From assembly GCA_963662285.2 (NCBI GenBank), contig CAXXMV010000003.1:160001-224000 (forward strand): 64,000 nt of DNA, written 5' to 3'. Made by a program: the position numbers and the translations under genes. Under the pieces are notes generated by a model that was not told the origin of the DNA, made no database searches, and worked only from the letters and a program-made list of their open reading frames with translations. Positions 19,284 through 29,040 of the stretch are shown piece by piece (position 1 is the stretch's first letter; the number at the start of each line of letters is the position of its first letter). Source of the DNA: a bacterium. GTDB lineage: Bacteria > Hinthialibacterota > Hinthialibacteria > Hinthialibacterales > Hinthialibacteraceae.

Positions 19284-20978
19284 ATGTTTTTAATTAACCG
19301 TTTTTGGTTTAGTCTTTGTTGTTTAATTATCTTAATAATCAGCAGTTTCCAAAATCCCGCCTTCGGAAGCGATTCAAAATCTCTGAAATCGGAAAATATC
19401 AAGCAATTACGGCAAGAACTGGAACAGGATATTATTAATGCGCAGCCCGATATTATTCAGAAAATGCGCATTGGAGAGCAATGGCTGCAAGCCTTTGAAA
19501 ATGTTCTGGCCAACATTAAACATAGTAAATCAGAAGGTTTATCGGAATTGATTTTAACCTGGAATCAAATTGAACGTAACAATGGACCGAGTTCCTTGAT
19601 TACTCAGCCTGCCATAGTATTAAGAAGCGAAATATCCCTCAACGCTATTAATCTCAAAAAACTACGTGAGTTGATGCCTGCAGTTGAAAAACTAGCTCGC
19701 GAGCTGGTTTATGAACTTGAAGCATTAGACCGTATTGAACGTTATCGAAAGCGCGAACTGGAAATATCAGTTATTGATTCAAGCGGTAAACCTGTTGTTG
19801 ACGCCAAAATCTCCATCAATCAAACCAGGCACGCTTTCCTGTTCGGATGCAATATCTTTACGTGGGAAGATAAGAATACATCGCATCAGAAATTGTACCG
19901 CAAACAATTCGCTGAGCTGATGAACTATGCTACCTTGGGATTTTATTGGAGTGGTTACGAACGTAAGCCGGGGCAGACGCAGATAGAACGCTGGATGAAG
20001 GTCGCCCAATGGTGTCAGGAGCAAGATATTCAAACCAAAGGGCATCCTCTAGTGTGGAATTATAGCGACCCTGCATGGTTGCCGGATGATTTTAAGAAAG
20101 TGCATCAATTGCAACTAGATCGCATCAATCGCGAGATGACTGATTTCAAAGGCTTGGTTGATTGGTGGGATGTGGTTAATGAAGTTACTAAATTCGATAG
20201 AGAATCATTTAAAGAGAACTCTCCCAAATTAACTAAAATGTGGGGCGAATATGGGCAATTAGAATTTGCCCGGCAGTGTTTTATTCTTGCGCGGAAAATT
20301 AATCCTTCATCTTTTTTGTTGATCAATGATTATGAATTGCGTACGCGTGAGCAGGCTGCTAACGATTCAGGTGACCAGATATCGAAAAACAAAATTTACG
20401 AGGATGTGATTGATTCATTAGTTGATGATGCAGGTAAGCCGCTTTACGATGCTATCGGCATCCAATCGCACATGCATGACGGCGCCTGGTCAACCGGGAA
20501 AATATTGAAAACCATCCAGCGTTTCTCTGAATATAATGTTCCACTGCATTTCACTGAAACCACCATCGTATCGGGTCCGGGGAAATGGGAAAAATGGCAG
20601 GAAACAACTCCACAGGGAGAGCAGCAACAGGCTGATGAAATTGAACGGGTGTATCGCACCATCTTTTCTATGCCTGCGGTTGAAGCGCTGACTTGGTGGG
20701 ATTTCTCTGATTATAAAGCTTGGCAGAGAGCTCCAGTCGGTTTGCTGCGCAAAGATAATTCTGCTAAACCGGCATATCATTGTTTGATGAGATTGATTAA
20801 AAAAGATTGGTGGACGCAAGAATCGAAGAGAACTGCTGATAATGGACAAGTTGGAATTCGAGGTTATCTTGGAGATTATATGGTTCAAGTTAAGACTAAG
20901 GACGGTAAGCAAATAGAAAAGAAAATTCAACTTTTGAAAGCTCAAAAACCCAAGCGAATCACAATATCGATTGAGTAA
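19284..20978 (+). CDS. GH10 endo-1,4-beta-xylanase family protein
   Basis: Signal peptide; FLFGCN, KGHPLVW, WDVVNE (acid/base), INDY, IGIQSHMH, HFTE (nucleophile), WWDF. Confidence 0.88.
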   Translation: MFLINRFWFSLCCLIILIISSFQNPAFGSDSKSLKSENIKQLRQELEQDIINAQPDIIQKMRIGEQWLQAFENVLANIKHSKSEGLSELILTWNQIERNNGPSSLITQPAIVLRSEISLNAINLKKLRELMPAVEKLARELVYELEALDRIERYRKRELEISVIDSSGKPVVDAKISINQTRHAFLFGCNIFTWEDKNTSHQKLYRKQFAELMNYATLGFYWSGYERKPGQTQIERWMKVAQWCQEQDIQTKGHPLVWNYSDPAWLPDDFKKVHQLQLDRINREMTDFKGLVDWWDVVNEVTKFDRESFKENSPKLTKMWGEYGQLEFARQCFILARKINPSSFLLINDYELRTREQAANDSGDQISKNKIYEDVIDSLVDDAGKPLYDAIGIQSHMHDGAWSTGKILKTIQRFSEYNVPLHFTETTIVSGPGKWEKWQETTPQGEQQQADEIERVYRTIFSMPAVEALTWWDFSDYKAWQRAPVGLLRKDNSAKPAYHCLMRLIKKDWWTQESKRTADNGQVGIRGYLGDYMVQVKTKDGKQIEKKIQLLKAQKPKRITISIE

Positions 20979-21121
20979 TTTTTTATGGTTGATGCTTTCT
21001 GGAAATACGAATAACAACGTTCTACGGAACCCTCTATAAGGGTAGATTTATTCACCCCAATAAGAGTATTGTATTATGAGAATGTGATACTACTAATTCT
21101 TGAAGTAGGAGTCAAATAAAG

Positions 21122-22405
21122 ATGAGCAAAGGCAAAAATTTAACAAGGCGGGATTTTCTAAAGAAATCCACGTTATTTGGGGCAGCTTCTTTTTCATTCT
21201 TAACTGTTCCACGCCATGTATTAGCCCAGAGTGGATTCATCGCTCCCAGCGATGAATTAACCAAAGCGGTTATCGGCGTTGGCGGTATGGGACAAGGGCA
21301 CTTACGCTATGGCGGTTCAAGGTTAGTGGCCGTGTGCGATGTGGATGAGAACCACTTAAAAAGCACATTGGCGAAACTCGATGATAGCGAAGTGAAGGGA
21401 TATAAGGATTTTCGCGAAGTATTGGAACGACCGGATATTGATATCATCCACATTCCCACGCCTCCACATTGGCATGGATTAATTTCCATCGCGGCTTCTG
21501 AAGCCGGTAAAGATATCTGGTGCGAAAAACCAATGACGCGCACTATCGGCGAAGGACTAAAAGTGGTTGAAGCAGTCCAACGCAATGGCAGCATTTTCCG
21601 CTTGAATACCTGGTTCCGTTTTAAGGATACTTTTTATGGATTCGGTACGCCCGTCCGTCCTATCAAGAAATTGGTTGACAGCGGTATGTTGGGATGGCCT
21701 TTAAAAGCAACCGTCAGCGGCGAGACTGGCTTTGATTGGAAATTCAACTGGAGCGGTCAAACAAACCTGATCGCCCAGGATATTCCAAAAGAACTAGATT
21801 ACAACTTCTGGTTAGGCCCAGCGCCTTACAAACCATATCACCCGCACCGCGTCCATGGCACTTTCCGTGGTTATTGGGATTATGACGGCGGCGGCCTGGG
21901 CGATATGGGGCAGCATTACCTTGACCCGGTGCAATACCTGTTGGGTAAAGATGACACCAGTCCAATCGAGATTGAAGTCGACGCTCCACAGCAGCATCCA
22001 GACGCGGTAAGTTCATGGCGCCGCATCACCATGAAATATGCTGATGGATGTCAGATTATTCTGGATGGCGACAACAAGAACAAAAATGTTCCTTTCCTCG
22101 AAGGTCCAGAAGGAAAACTCTACAAAGGATTCCGTTCTAACATCCCCAATATTGAAAAGAAACTGGCGGCTTTCCCTGATCCTGAACCGCAGATTACCGA
22201 TTTTAGCAACGCTGTCCGGTCACGCAAGAAATTTGCTTTGAATGAATCGAACGGTCATCGTTCATGCACCTTGATCAATCTGGGTAAAATCGCTGTCCGG
22301 TTGGGACGTGGATTAAAGTTTGATCCCGTAAAGATGGAATTTATTGATGATGACGCTGCCAATCGTTTGATTTATCAGCCTATGCGCGCTCCATGGCATC
22401 TCTAG
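21122..22405 (+). CDS. Tat-exported Gfo/Idh/MocA family oxidoreductase
   Basis: TRRDFLK Tat motif; IGVGGMG; TPPHWH; CEKP; WLGPAP; GGGLGDMGQH. Confidence 0.9.
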   Translation: MSKGKNLTRRDFLKKSTLFGAASFSFLTVPRHVLAQSGFIAPSDELTKAVIGVGGMGQGHLRYGGSRLVAVCDVDENHLKSTLAKLDDSEVKGYKDFREVLERPDIDIIHIPTPPHWHGLISIAASEAGKDIWCEKPMTRTIGEGLKVVEAVQRNGSIFRLNTWFRFKDTFYGFGTPVRPIKKLVDSGMLGWPLKATVSGETGFDWKFNWSGQTNLIAQDIPKELDYNFWLGPAPYKPYHPHRVHGTFRGYWDYDGGGLGDMGQHYLDPVQYLLGKDDTSPIEIEVDAPQQHPDAVSSWRRITMKYADGCQIILDGDNKNKNVPFLEGPEGKLYKGFRSNIPNIEKKLAAFPDPEPQITDFSNAVRSRKKFALNESNGHRSCTLINLGKIAVRLGRGLKFDPVKMEFIDDDAANRLIYQPMRAPWHL

Positions 22406-22440
22406 AACATGGTATTGAACATTAAAGGAGAGAATATTTC

Positions 22441-25400
22441 ATGATTCGATATAGGAAATTTAAAAATATAATAGCGTTAAGCGTTGTTGCCTTACTCTTG
22501 GCGATATCAGTTAACGCTGCTGAAAAACCGTTGGATAATATACTTAAAAATTATCCCGCCAAAGACGCGGCTCAATTCAAAAGCGCTAATGCTCAATTGG
22601 TGCAATTAGGCCAGGATGGATTGGTTGACCTGTGCAGCCGTTTAACTCCAAAACAGCAGAGCGGCGACGAGCAGGTGCGTTTTGCGATTAACGGATTGAC
22701 CAAGTATGTCAAATTGCAGAATGATGAATCAAACCGCAAGGTTGTTGTGCAAGCGTTTCTTACCTCATTGAATAAAACCGATGACTATGAAACCAAAGCA
22801 TTCTTGATTCGTCAGATTCAGTTTATCGGCAAAGAAGAAGTCATCGCGCCGCTGAGCCGCTATTTGACTGATGAGGTTTTATGTGAACCGGCGGCCAATG
22901 CGCTGTTTGCGATCAGCAGCCCTGAAGCATCAGCCGCATTGCTTTTTGCTTTACCTCAAGTGAATGACTCATTGAAACCAACCATCATAAAGACGTTGGG
23001 CGACTTACAGAGCCGGGCCGCCTCATTGGCCATTACGCCATATACTGAAAGCGACGATCTGAATATCCGATTAATGGCTTATTATGCTATTGCTAATATT
23101 GGCGATCCTTCCGCCTCCAACCCATTAAAGCGCGCTCTAACCAAGACATCGGGATACGAGCAGACTCAAGCCATTTCCGCTTATCTGTTATTCGCCAATC
23201 GACTGGCGGAAGCGCAGGCTGAAGATAAAGCGCTCACTATTTACCGTAGTCTATTAGATACTTATTCTTCTGCTGAAGATATCAGAATACAAAATGCGGC
23301 GTTGTCGGGCATCGCAGCGATTGAAGGCGACAATGCCTTGCCTATGTTATTGGATGCTATGGATAGTCCATATAAATCCTATCGAAATGTTGCGCTTAAA
23401 ATTGCGCAGACAATTCAAGGCAACAAAGCAACCTGGGCGTGGATAGAAAAATCCAAATCAGTTTCTCCTGAAGTCCGGGCTGAAATATTGACTTTGCTAG
23501 GTAAGAGAGGCGACAAGATTGCTTTGCCGGTTTTATTGGAAGCGCTAAATGATGCAGATATCAACGTCAAATTAGAAGCGCTTGCAGCTTCATTTACTTT
23601 GGGTGGTTTGGAAAGCGTTCCCTATTATTCAGGTCTGTTGCAAACCGATAATGTAGATTTAATCAACGCTGTCAAAAATACCCTGCTGCAGGTACCGGGC
23701 GACTATCTATTAACCACTATCAGTTATGTGTTGCCCAATGTTCCGGTTCCCGCCAAGGTTGCCTTGCTGGATATTATCGCCCAGCGTAAATCTGAAGCAT
23801 CGTTCTATGATGTTATGACCTATTTGGAAGATGAAAATGCTTCAGTCCGTTTGGCTGCCGCTAAAGCGCTGAAGGATATTGGTACAATAGACCAACTGCA
23901 AGACTTGGTCGCCCTGTTTGATATTGCTTCGATTGACGAAGCCAAAGAGATCGAGAATGCAATTTTCGTCATCGTCGATGCTCAAGGTTCTAATCTGGAG
24001 AAAGTTGATGCATTGAAAAATGCTTTTAGCGCTGTCGCAAGAATGGATCAGGGGCATCTTATCAATGTTTTAGCCCGCATTCGCGGTGAATATGCATTGA
24101 AAGCCGTTGTTCCATTTTTGACCTCTCCCAACCTTAAGCAACAAGCAGCTGAAGCGGTTGTTCAGATTGTCTGTCCTCAGGAAGGCGATGGATTTGGACT
24201 GTGTACTAACCAGGCCTATGACGCCTTGACTGGAGTTTTGCCCTTGCTTAGCGATGAGTTGGCCGAAAGAGCCAAAAAACATCTTCCAGCGTCATTGCCT
24301 GAAGCTGATGACGAAGGATTCGTTTCTATCTTTAACGGCGAAGATATGAATGGTTGGATTTGGGATAATAGTTGGAAAGGTGGAGACAACGGTTATAAGG
24401 TTGTTGATGGAATATTGCAATGCGACCCGAAAAAAACAGGCGCCGGCAATATTTATACCGACCGCGAGTACAGCGATTTCATCTTCCGTTTTGAATTTCA
24501 ACTACCTGCTGAAGCCAACAATGGAGTGGGCGTACGCGCTCCAGTTAGTGGAGATTCTGCATATAACGGCATGGAAATCCAAATTCTGGATCACGATCAT
24601 CCAACCTATAACGGGATCAAACCTTATCAAGCTCATGGCTCTGTTTATGGCATCATTCCAGCAGAACGCGGTTATTTGAAACCTACCGGAGAATGGAATC
24701 AGGAAGAGATCAAGATTGATGGACGTTGGGTTACAGTTACTCTAAATGGTCATGTGATTACTGATGGTCATTTGGATAGAGCGCGTATGCCGAAAACTTT
24801 GGATGGCAGAAATCATCCCGGCGCCGCACGACCCATAGGACATCTTGGCTTCCTGGGGCATGGTCATCCGGTTGCGTTCCGTAACCTGAAAGTTAAAGAA
24901 CTCAACAAGGAACCTAAACGTGACAATGTTCCTCCCGCAGGTTTCACTGCGCTTTTCAATGGTAAAGATTTAACCAATTGGAAAGGCCTGGTTGCTAATC
25001 CTCCTAAGCGCGCCGCAATGTCCAAAGAAGAATTGGCTGCTGCTCAAGAGCAAGCCGACCAGAGAATGCGCGACCATTGGCATCCATTTGACGGTATGCT
25101 GGTATTTGACGGCAAGGGAGATAGTCTTTGTACAATCAAAGATTATGGCGATTTCGAACTGTTGGTTGATTGGAAGATTAAGGAAAAAGGCGACAGCGGC
25201 ATCTATCTACGAGGATCGCCCCAAGTACAAATCTGGGATACTCAAAACTTTAACCTGGGTTCCGGCGGCTTGTACAACAACCAGAAGAATCCTTCCAAAC
25301 CAATATGTGAAGCGGATAACCCCATAGGTGAATGGAACTCATTCCGCATCATCATGGTAGGTGAGCGGGTTACAATTTATCTCAACGACGTATTGGTAGT

Positions 25401-25524
25401 TGATAACGTGATCCTGGAAAATTACTGGGAACGCGACAAACCGATTTATCCGACCGGACAAATTGAATTGCAGAATCACGGTAATACTCTTTACTTCAAA
25501 AACATCTATATCAGGGAATTGTAA
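22441..25524 (+). CDS. Secreted HEAT-repeat protein with two C-terminal DUF1080 domains
   Basis: Signal peptide; ~600 aa of HEAT-like helical repeats; DUF1080 motifs twice (FNGEDMNGW..NNGVG..EIQILD; FNGKDLTNW..DSGIYLRG..IELQNHG). Confidence 0.88.
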   Translation: MIRYRKFKNIIALSVVALLLAISVNAAEKPLDNILKNYPAKDAAQFKSANAQLVQLGQDGLVDLCSRLTPKQQSGDEQVRFAINGLTKYVKLQNDESNRKVVVQAFLTSLNKTDDYETKAFLIRQIQFIGKEEVIAPLSRYLTDEVLCEPAANALFAISSPEASAALLFALPQVNDSLKPTIIKTLGDLQSRAASLAITPYTESDDLNIRLMAYYAIANIGDPSASNPLKRALTKTSGYEQTQAISAYLLFANRLAEAQAEDKALTIYRSLLDTYSSAEDIRIQNAALSGIAAIEGDNALPMLLDAMDSPYKSYRNVALKIAQTIQGNKATWAWIEKSKSVSPEVRAEILTLLGKRGDKIALPVLLEALNDADINVKLEALAASFTLGGLESVPYYSGLLQTDNVDLINAVKNTLLQVPGDYLLTTISYVLPNVPVPAKVALLDIIAQRKSEASFYDVMTYLEDENASVRLAAAKALKDIGTIDQLQDLVALFDIASIDEAKEIENAIFVIVDAQGSNLEKVDALKNAFSAVARMDQGHLINVLARIRGEYALKAVVPFLTSPNLKQQAAEAVVQIVCPQEGDGFGLCTNQAYDALTGVLPLLSDELAERAKKHLPASLPEADDEGFVSIFNGEDMNGWIWDNSWKGGDNGYKVVDGILQCDPKKTGAGNIYTDREYSDFIFRFEFQLPAEANNGVGVRAPVSGDSAYNGMEIQILDHDHPTYNGIKPYQAHGSVYGIIPAERGYLKPTGEWNQEEIKIDGRWVTVTLNGHVITDGHLDRARMPKTLDGRNHPGAARPIGHLGFLGHGHPVAFRNLKVKELNKEPKRDNVPPAGFTALFNGKDLTNWKGLVANPPKRAAMSKEELAAAQEQADQRMRDHWHPFDGMLVFDGKGDSLCTIKDYGDFELLVDWKIKEKGDSGIYLRGSPQVQIWDTQNFNLGSGGLYNNQKNPSKPICEADNPIGEWNSFRIIMVGERVTIYLNDVLVVDNVILENYWERDKPIYPTGQIELQNHGNTLYFKNIYIREL

Positions 25525-25545
25525 CCATTGATTAGGTTGTTTTTT

Positions 25546-25579
25546 GGTGGGCTACGCTATCGCTTTTAGCCCACCCTAC
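25546..25579 (-). repeat. GTAG-type REP-like palindrome
   Basis: Minus strand GTAG-GGTGGGCTA-N12-TAGCCCACC. Confidence 0.6.
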
Positions 25580-25599
25580 GATTAGGTTTAGAATGAAAA

Positions 25600-25633
25600 A
25601 ACGGACGCTTTCTTTATCAAGAAGGCGTCCGTT
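25600..25633. terminator. Probable bidirectional terminator between convergent genes
   Basis: AACGGACGCTTTCTT/AAGAAGGCGTCCGTT inverted repeat flanked by A/T tracts. Confidence 0.65.
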
Positions 25634-25678
25634 CTGTTTATACTATTGATAATATGCAAATCTAATCGACATAAGACA

Positions 25679-25725
25679 GGCGCCAAAGGAAAGACCGCAT
25701 TGCGGTCAGCCCTTGATCAAGCCAC
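25679..25725. repeat. 47-bp palindromic dispersed repeat, copy 1
   Basis: GGCGCCAAAGGAAAGACCGCATTGCGGTCAGCCCTTGATCAAGCCAC; 44/47 identical to 60346..60392. Confidence 0.8.
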
Positions 25726-25745
25726 TTAAAATAAAGAAGTTATTA

Positions 25746-27599
25746 CTATTTAACCGGAACGCACCGGATCACGAAACCGCCAGTACCGGGAACATCAAAC
25801 GAGAATGTTGATCCCTGTTTGACCGCACTGCGTTCAATTTTAACTTTGGTGCGAGAATCGCTCTTCAAGTCGTCCGCATAAACGCTGGCTTTATAGTCGT
25901 TGTCGGCGTCAAGAAAATCCAATGTGACATCCATCTTACGTTGATTTACATTAGTTAGACCAGCGACGAACCATTCATCGCCGCTGCGACGGGCCATGAT
26001 GATGTATTCGCCAATTTCTCCAGCGATTACGCGGCTTTCATCCCATACGACTGGTAGGTTATCAAGCAATTCTATCTCCGGTTCACCCTGGTAATATGAG
26101 GGATGATCGTACCAGAACAGGAATTGCATTGGGCTGTACATTACGACTGAAGCCGCCAGCTGATGGGCGTGGGTATTCTTGATGCGGTCGTTGTAGTAGC
26201 AGATAGTATAGTCGCCGGCGCCAGCGGGGTAGCGGGTGAAGGGCAGGGTAGTGTTATGAGTGGCGGTAGGCATGTTTTCGTTGCCCTTTATGCCTTCCTG
26301 GGTCAATAAGTTGGGATAAGTGCGGCTTAATCCGGTTGGCCGGTATGAATCATGAATATCGACTATCAAATGATGCTCGGCTGCTTTGGCTACAGCATCC
26401 TTGAGCCATTTCATCTTTGACTGAGGCCCGACTGCCACAAAACCGAACTTTACGCCTTTTAATCCCCATTTCTCATACAAAGGGAATATTTCGTCTGAAT
26501 ATTTATCCAGTGCAATACGGTTTACATAGACCGTAATGCCAACGCCGCGTTCTTTGGCGTATTGTATCAGATAAGGTAAATCGATAGCGTCAATAGGCAC
26601 GCGGGGATCCGATGAGGGATCGCGTTCCTTGCCATACCAGCCCGCGTCGAGATGGATGTAATCGATATTGTGCTTCTGGGCGAAATCGATATAGGCTTTA
26701 CCGTCTTCGGTATTCAAGCGGATGCAGCGCATCACGGTTCCCGGTTTGATCCATGATGCATCATCAATAGCGCAGGGGGCGTTCAGGTTCATCAGTAAAT
26801 AATTCTGCTCTACCAATGCTCCGGCATGGCTCGCCAGCATAACTACCCGCCAGGGAGTTTCAAACGGCGTTAATCCTGTCGCTTCGCTGCCCAAACTGGC
26901 AATTAGGGAATTGGGCGCGCTTGTGTCTGGAGAGAGCCACATGCGCGGGTAATCGTAAACATCGGCTTCCATAACGCAGGCGTAAGGTCCTCCGGATTTC
27001 AGTTCGACGGTCAAGGGAGTTTCGCATTTAGGCTTTATCGATTGAATAGGAGTTATCAGGTAATCGCCTTCGGTTCCATGTTCTTCCCAAGCTTTGAAAT
27101 TATCGCTGAAACGAAACTGGGTCTTTTCTTTTATAATATTAATAGATTTCAAGTGGTCTTGTTTTGGAAACACATAACGGAAGGCTAAGCCTTCGTTGTA
27201 GGCGCGAACAATTAATTGGCATAGGCGGTGCGGCGCAGCAGCTTCTACCAGATCGATACTTAATTCATGGTAGGAATCTGGAATAGCATCTCTCTCGCCA
27301 TAGAGCAGATCGATAGTCGAATTTTTTTGACTTCGTGATGTTGATTTGATGGAGACTTTATCCAGCCAATCATCCTGCTCAAAATCAAATCCCAGTTGTG
27401 AATTCTGGATTACTGATTGTTTTTGAAATGTTAGATCATAAAGTGGGACGCCTTGCTTATCTAACTTCAGTAGGAATTCGATTGCCTTGTCTGGAGAATT
27501 AAGCATTACCGAATCAGCGGCTTGTGAATAGGTCGCAGCGTTTATAAAAATTAGTATGCCCGCCAGCAAAGTGGTTCTCTTGTGAATATAATGCTTCAT
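25746..27599 (-). CDS. GH97 glycoside hydrolase (alpha-glucosidase/galactosidase family)
   Basis: VRAYNEGLAFRY, TPWRV, SWIKPG, YIDFA, LDAGWY, GVKFGF, DIHD..RPTGLSRTYPN..EG, PFTR..AG..DYT. Confidence 0.92.
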   Translation of the reverse strand: MKHYIHKRTTLLAGILIFINAATYSQAADSVMLNSPDKAIEFLLKLDKQGVPLYDLTFQKQSVIQNSQLGFDFEQDDWLDKVSIKSTSRSQKNSTIDLLYGERDAIPDSYHELSIDLVEAAAPHRLCQLIVRAYNEGLAFRYVFPKQDHLKSINIIKEKTQFRFSDNFKAWEEHGTEGDYLITPIQSIKPKCETPLTVELKSGGPYACVMEADVYDYPRMWLSPDTSAPNSLIASLGSEATGLTPFETPWRVVMLASHAGALVEQNYLLMNLNAPCAIDDASWIKPGTVMRCIRLNTEDGKAYIDFAQKHNIDYIHLDAGWYGKERDPSSDPRVPIDAIDLPYLIQYAKERGVGITVYVNRIALDKYSDEIFPLYEKWGLKGVKFGFVAVGPQSKMKWLKDAVAKAAEHHLIVDIHDSYRPTGLSRTYPNLLTQEGIKGNENMPTATHNTTLPFTRYPAGAGDYTICYYNDRIKNTHAHQLAASVVMYSPMQFLFWYDHPSYYQGEPEIELLDNLPVVWDESRVIAGEIGEYIIMARRSGDEWFVAGLTNVNQRKMDVTLDFLDADNDYKASVYADDLKSDSRTKVKIERSAVKQGSTFSFDVPGTGGFVIRCVPVK

Positions 27600-27775
27600 A
27601 ATGATTTGTTCTCCCTATAAGTATTGGAACAGATTTATGTTTTCTAACTATATTTATAGCATTCGGTTAGTTGATATTAATAGGCGTGTGGATTGAATAT
27701 TCATCATTTGATGATTGGGCGGGATTGTTAAATTGGTTGTTGAAAGGAATTTATATACGAATGGATGAACTTAAA

Positions 27776-28612
27776 TTAAAAAACGCCTTGAGAATCATCA
27801 ATATCATCATCCCAGTTAAAATCACTGATTTTAACTGATTCTACAGCCTTCATCACTTTCAATTGGCTGTAAGCGGCGTGTGATACGCAAAGATATGCCA
27901 GTCCCCAGCCTGGATTAATCAACATATAGGGATGGTAGGTTCCAATCACTTCAAAATAGGCGTAGGCGCTATCCGTCACGAGGAATATCATGAAAGCAAT
28001 CACTAATATCAACCATGGTTTGGCCACCGGAGACTGCCCTAGGGAAAGAAATGAGAATGCCAGATGCAGGCAGAAATAAGCCAGTAAGGTGTCAAATACT
28101 GGATAGTAAAGATAAAAAATACGCATCCAAAATGTCTCATCTGGATCGGCTAAGGTTGGTTGAATAATAAAAACAATATTCAAAATAACCAATATGGCGA
28201 ATACTCCATTGGCGATCCAGAAATTTTTACCGAAGTGAAACAGTTCATTTTTATTGATCAATCGTTTAAAATTCCAAAAACTAATTACATAACAAACCGC
28301 GCCCGCCATAATGAAATAATCGGCTGTATTGGGAAAGCTAACGACTTCACCGGATATGAACTCCTGAGTGCTATACCAAACATGGCCGATGCCTTCTCCC
28401 AGCAGACCTATAGCAAATAAAAGCCAACTAATGCGAACTGCATCACCGGATTGGAAACGTTTGACGATGCGGAATAGACAACATGAACCGATAAGGCAAA
28501 CCAGCGCTATCACCCCGTCGTTGAATGCTTCAACAGAATTTTCCGGCATGAGCCGAAAGGTAAAGATCGATCCCATGACCACAATATATAATATGATAAC
28601 CAAAAAAGGCAT
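27776..28612 (-). CDS. Multi-pass (7-8 TM) membrane protein resembling a stand-alone membrane sensor domain
   Basis: SWLLFAIG..GHVWY, FPNTADYF, YYPVFD, PWLIL..TDSAYAY; acidic tail; no cytoplasmic catalytic domain; AGGAGA SD. Confidence 0.65.
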   Translation of the reverse strand: MPFLVIILYIVVMGSIFTFRLMPENSVEAFNDGVIALVCLIGSCCLFRIVKRFQSGDAVRISWLLFAIGLLGEGIGHVWYSTQEFISGEVVSFPNTADYFIMAGAVCYVISFWNFKRLINKNELFHFGKNFWIANGVFAILVILNIVFIIQPTLADPDETFWMRIFYLYYPVFDTLLAYFCLHLAFSFLSLGQSPVAKPWLILVIAFMIFLVTDSAYAYFEVIGTYHPYMLINPGWGLAYLCVSHAAYSQLKVMKAVESVKISDFNWDDDIDDSQGVF

Positions 28613-28626
28613 TACCGGATTATCTC

Positions 28627-28866
28627 CTATTTAGCGGCTGGTTTATTCGCGATCCCTTTTAATAAAAGGCCAACTTGCTGCGCGTGATCCGAGCCAACGA
28701 ATATATGGATATTATTTGCCAGATATTGGCCTATATCAGGCAAATCTTCTTGCGTAAGTTGTTGTGGAGGACGATTGACCCTAGCCGAGTAATTCAAAAT
28801 CAGTCTGCGCGCTGGAGCGTGGCCGATAATGGGTTCTAAAAACAAGTGTAATTTATTAGCAAACAT
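28627..28866 (-). CDS. Small hypothetical helical protein (79 aa)
   Basis: AAGGA SD; ends 14 nt before the membrane-protein start; L..IIG..A..L......PQQLT.EDL..I..L..I..FVG..A pattern. Confidence 0.6.
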   Translation of the reverse strand: MFANKLHLFLEPIIGHAPARRLILNYSARVNRPPQQLTQEDLPDIGQYLANNIHIFVGSDHAQQVGLLLKGIANKPAAK

Positions 28867-28961
28867 TATTTTCCTTATCCAGATTTGAATTAACTATGGT
28901 GATGAAAATAAATTGCTTATGATTTACTTAATATCTGTTATGAAAATATGAAATTTTTATT

Positions 28962-28999
28962 ATGGCCCATTCCTCATTTTATTGAAAGGAATGGGCCAT
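28962..28999 (-). terminator. Intrinsic terminator of the phosphofructokinase gene
   Basis: ATGGCCCATTCCT/AGGAATGGGCCAT 13-bp inverted repeat. Confidence 0.6.
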
Positions 29000-29040
29000 G
29001 ACTTTAAAACACGATTTTGCTTTATTGCACAATAGACTAA

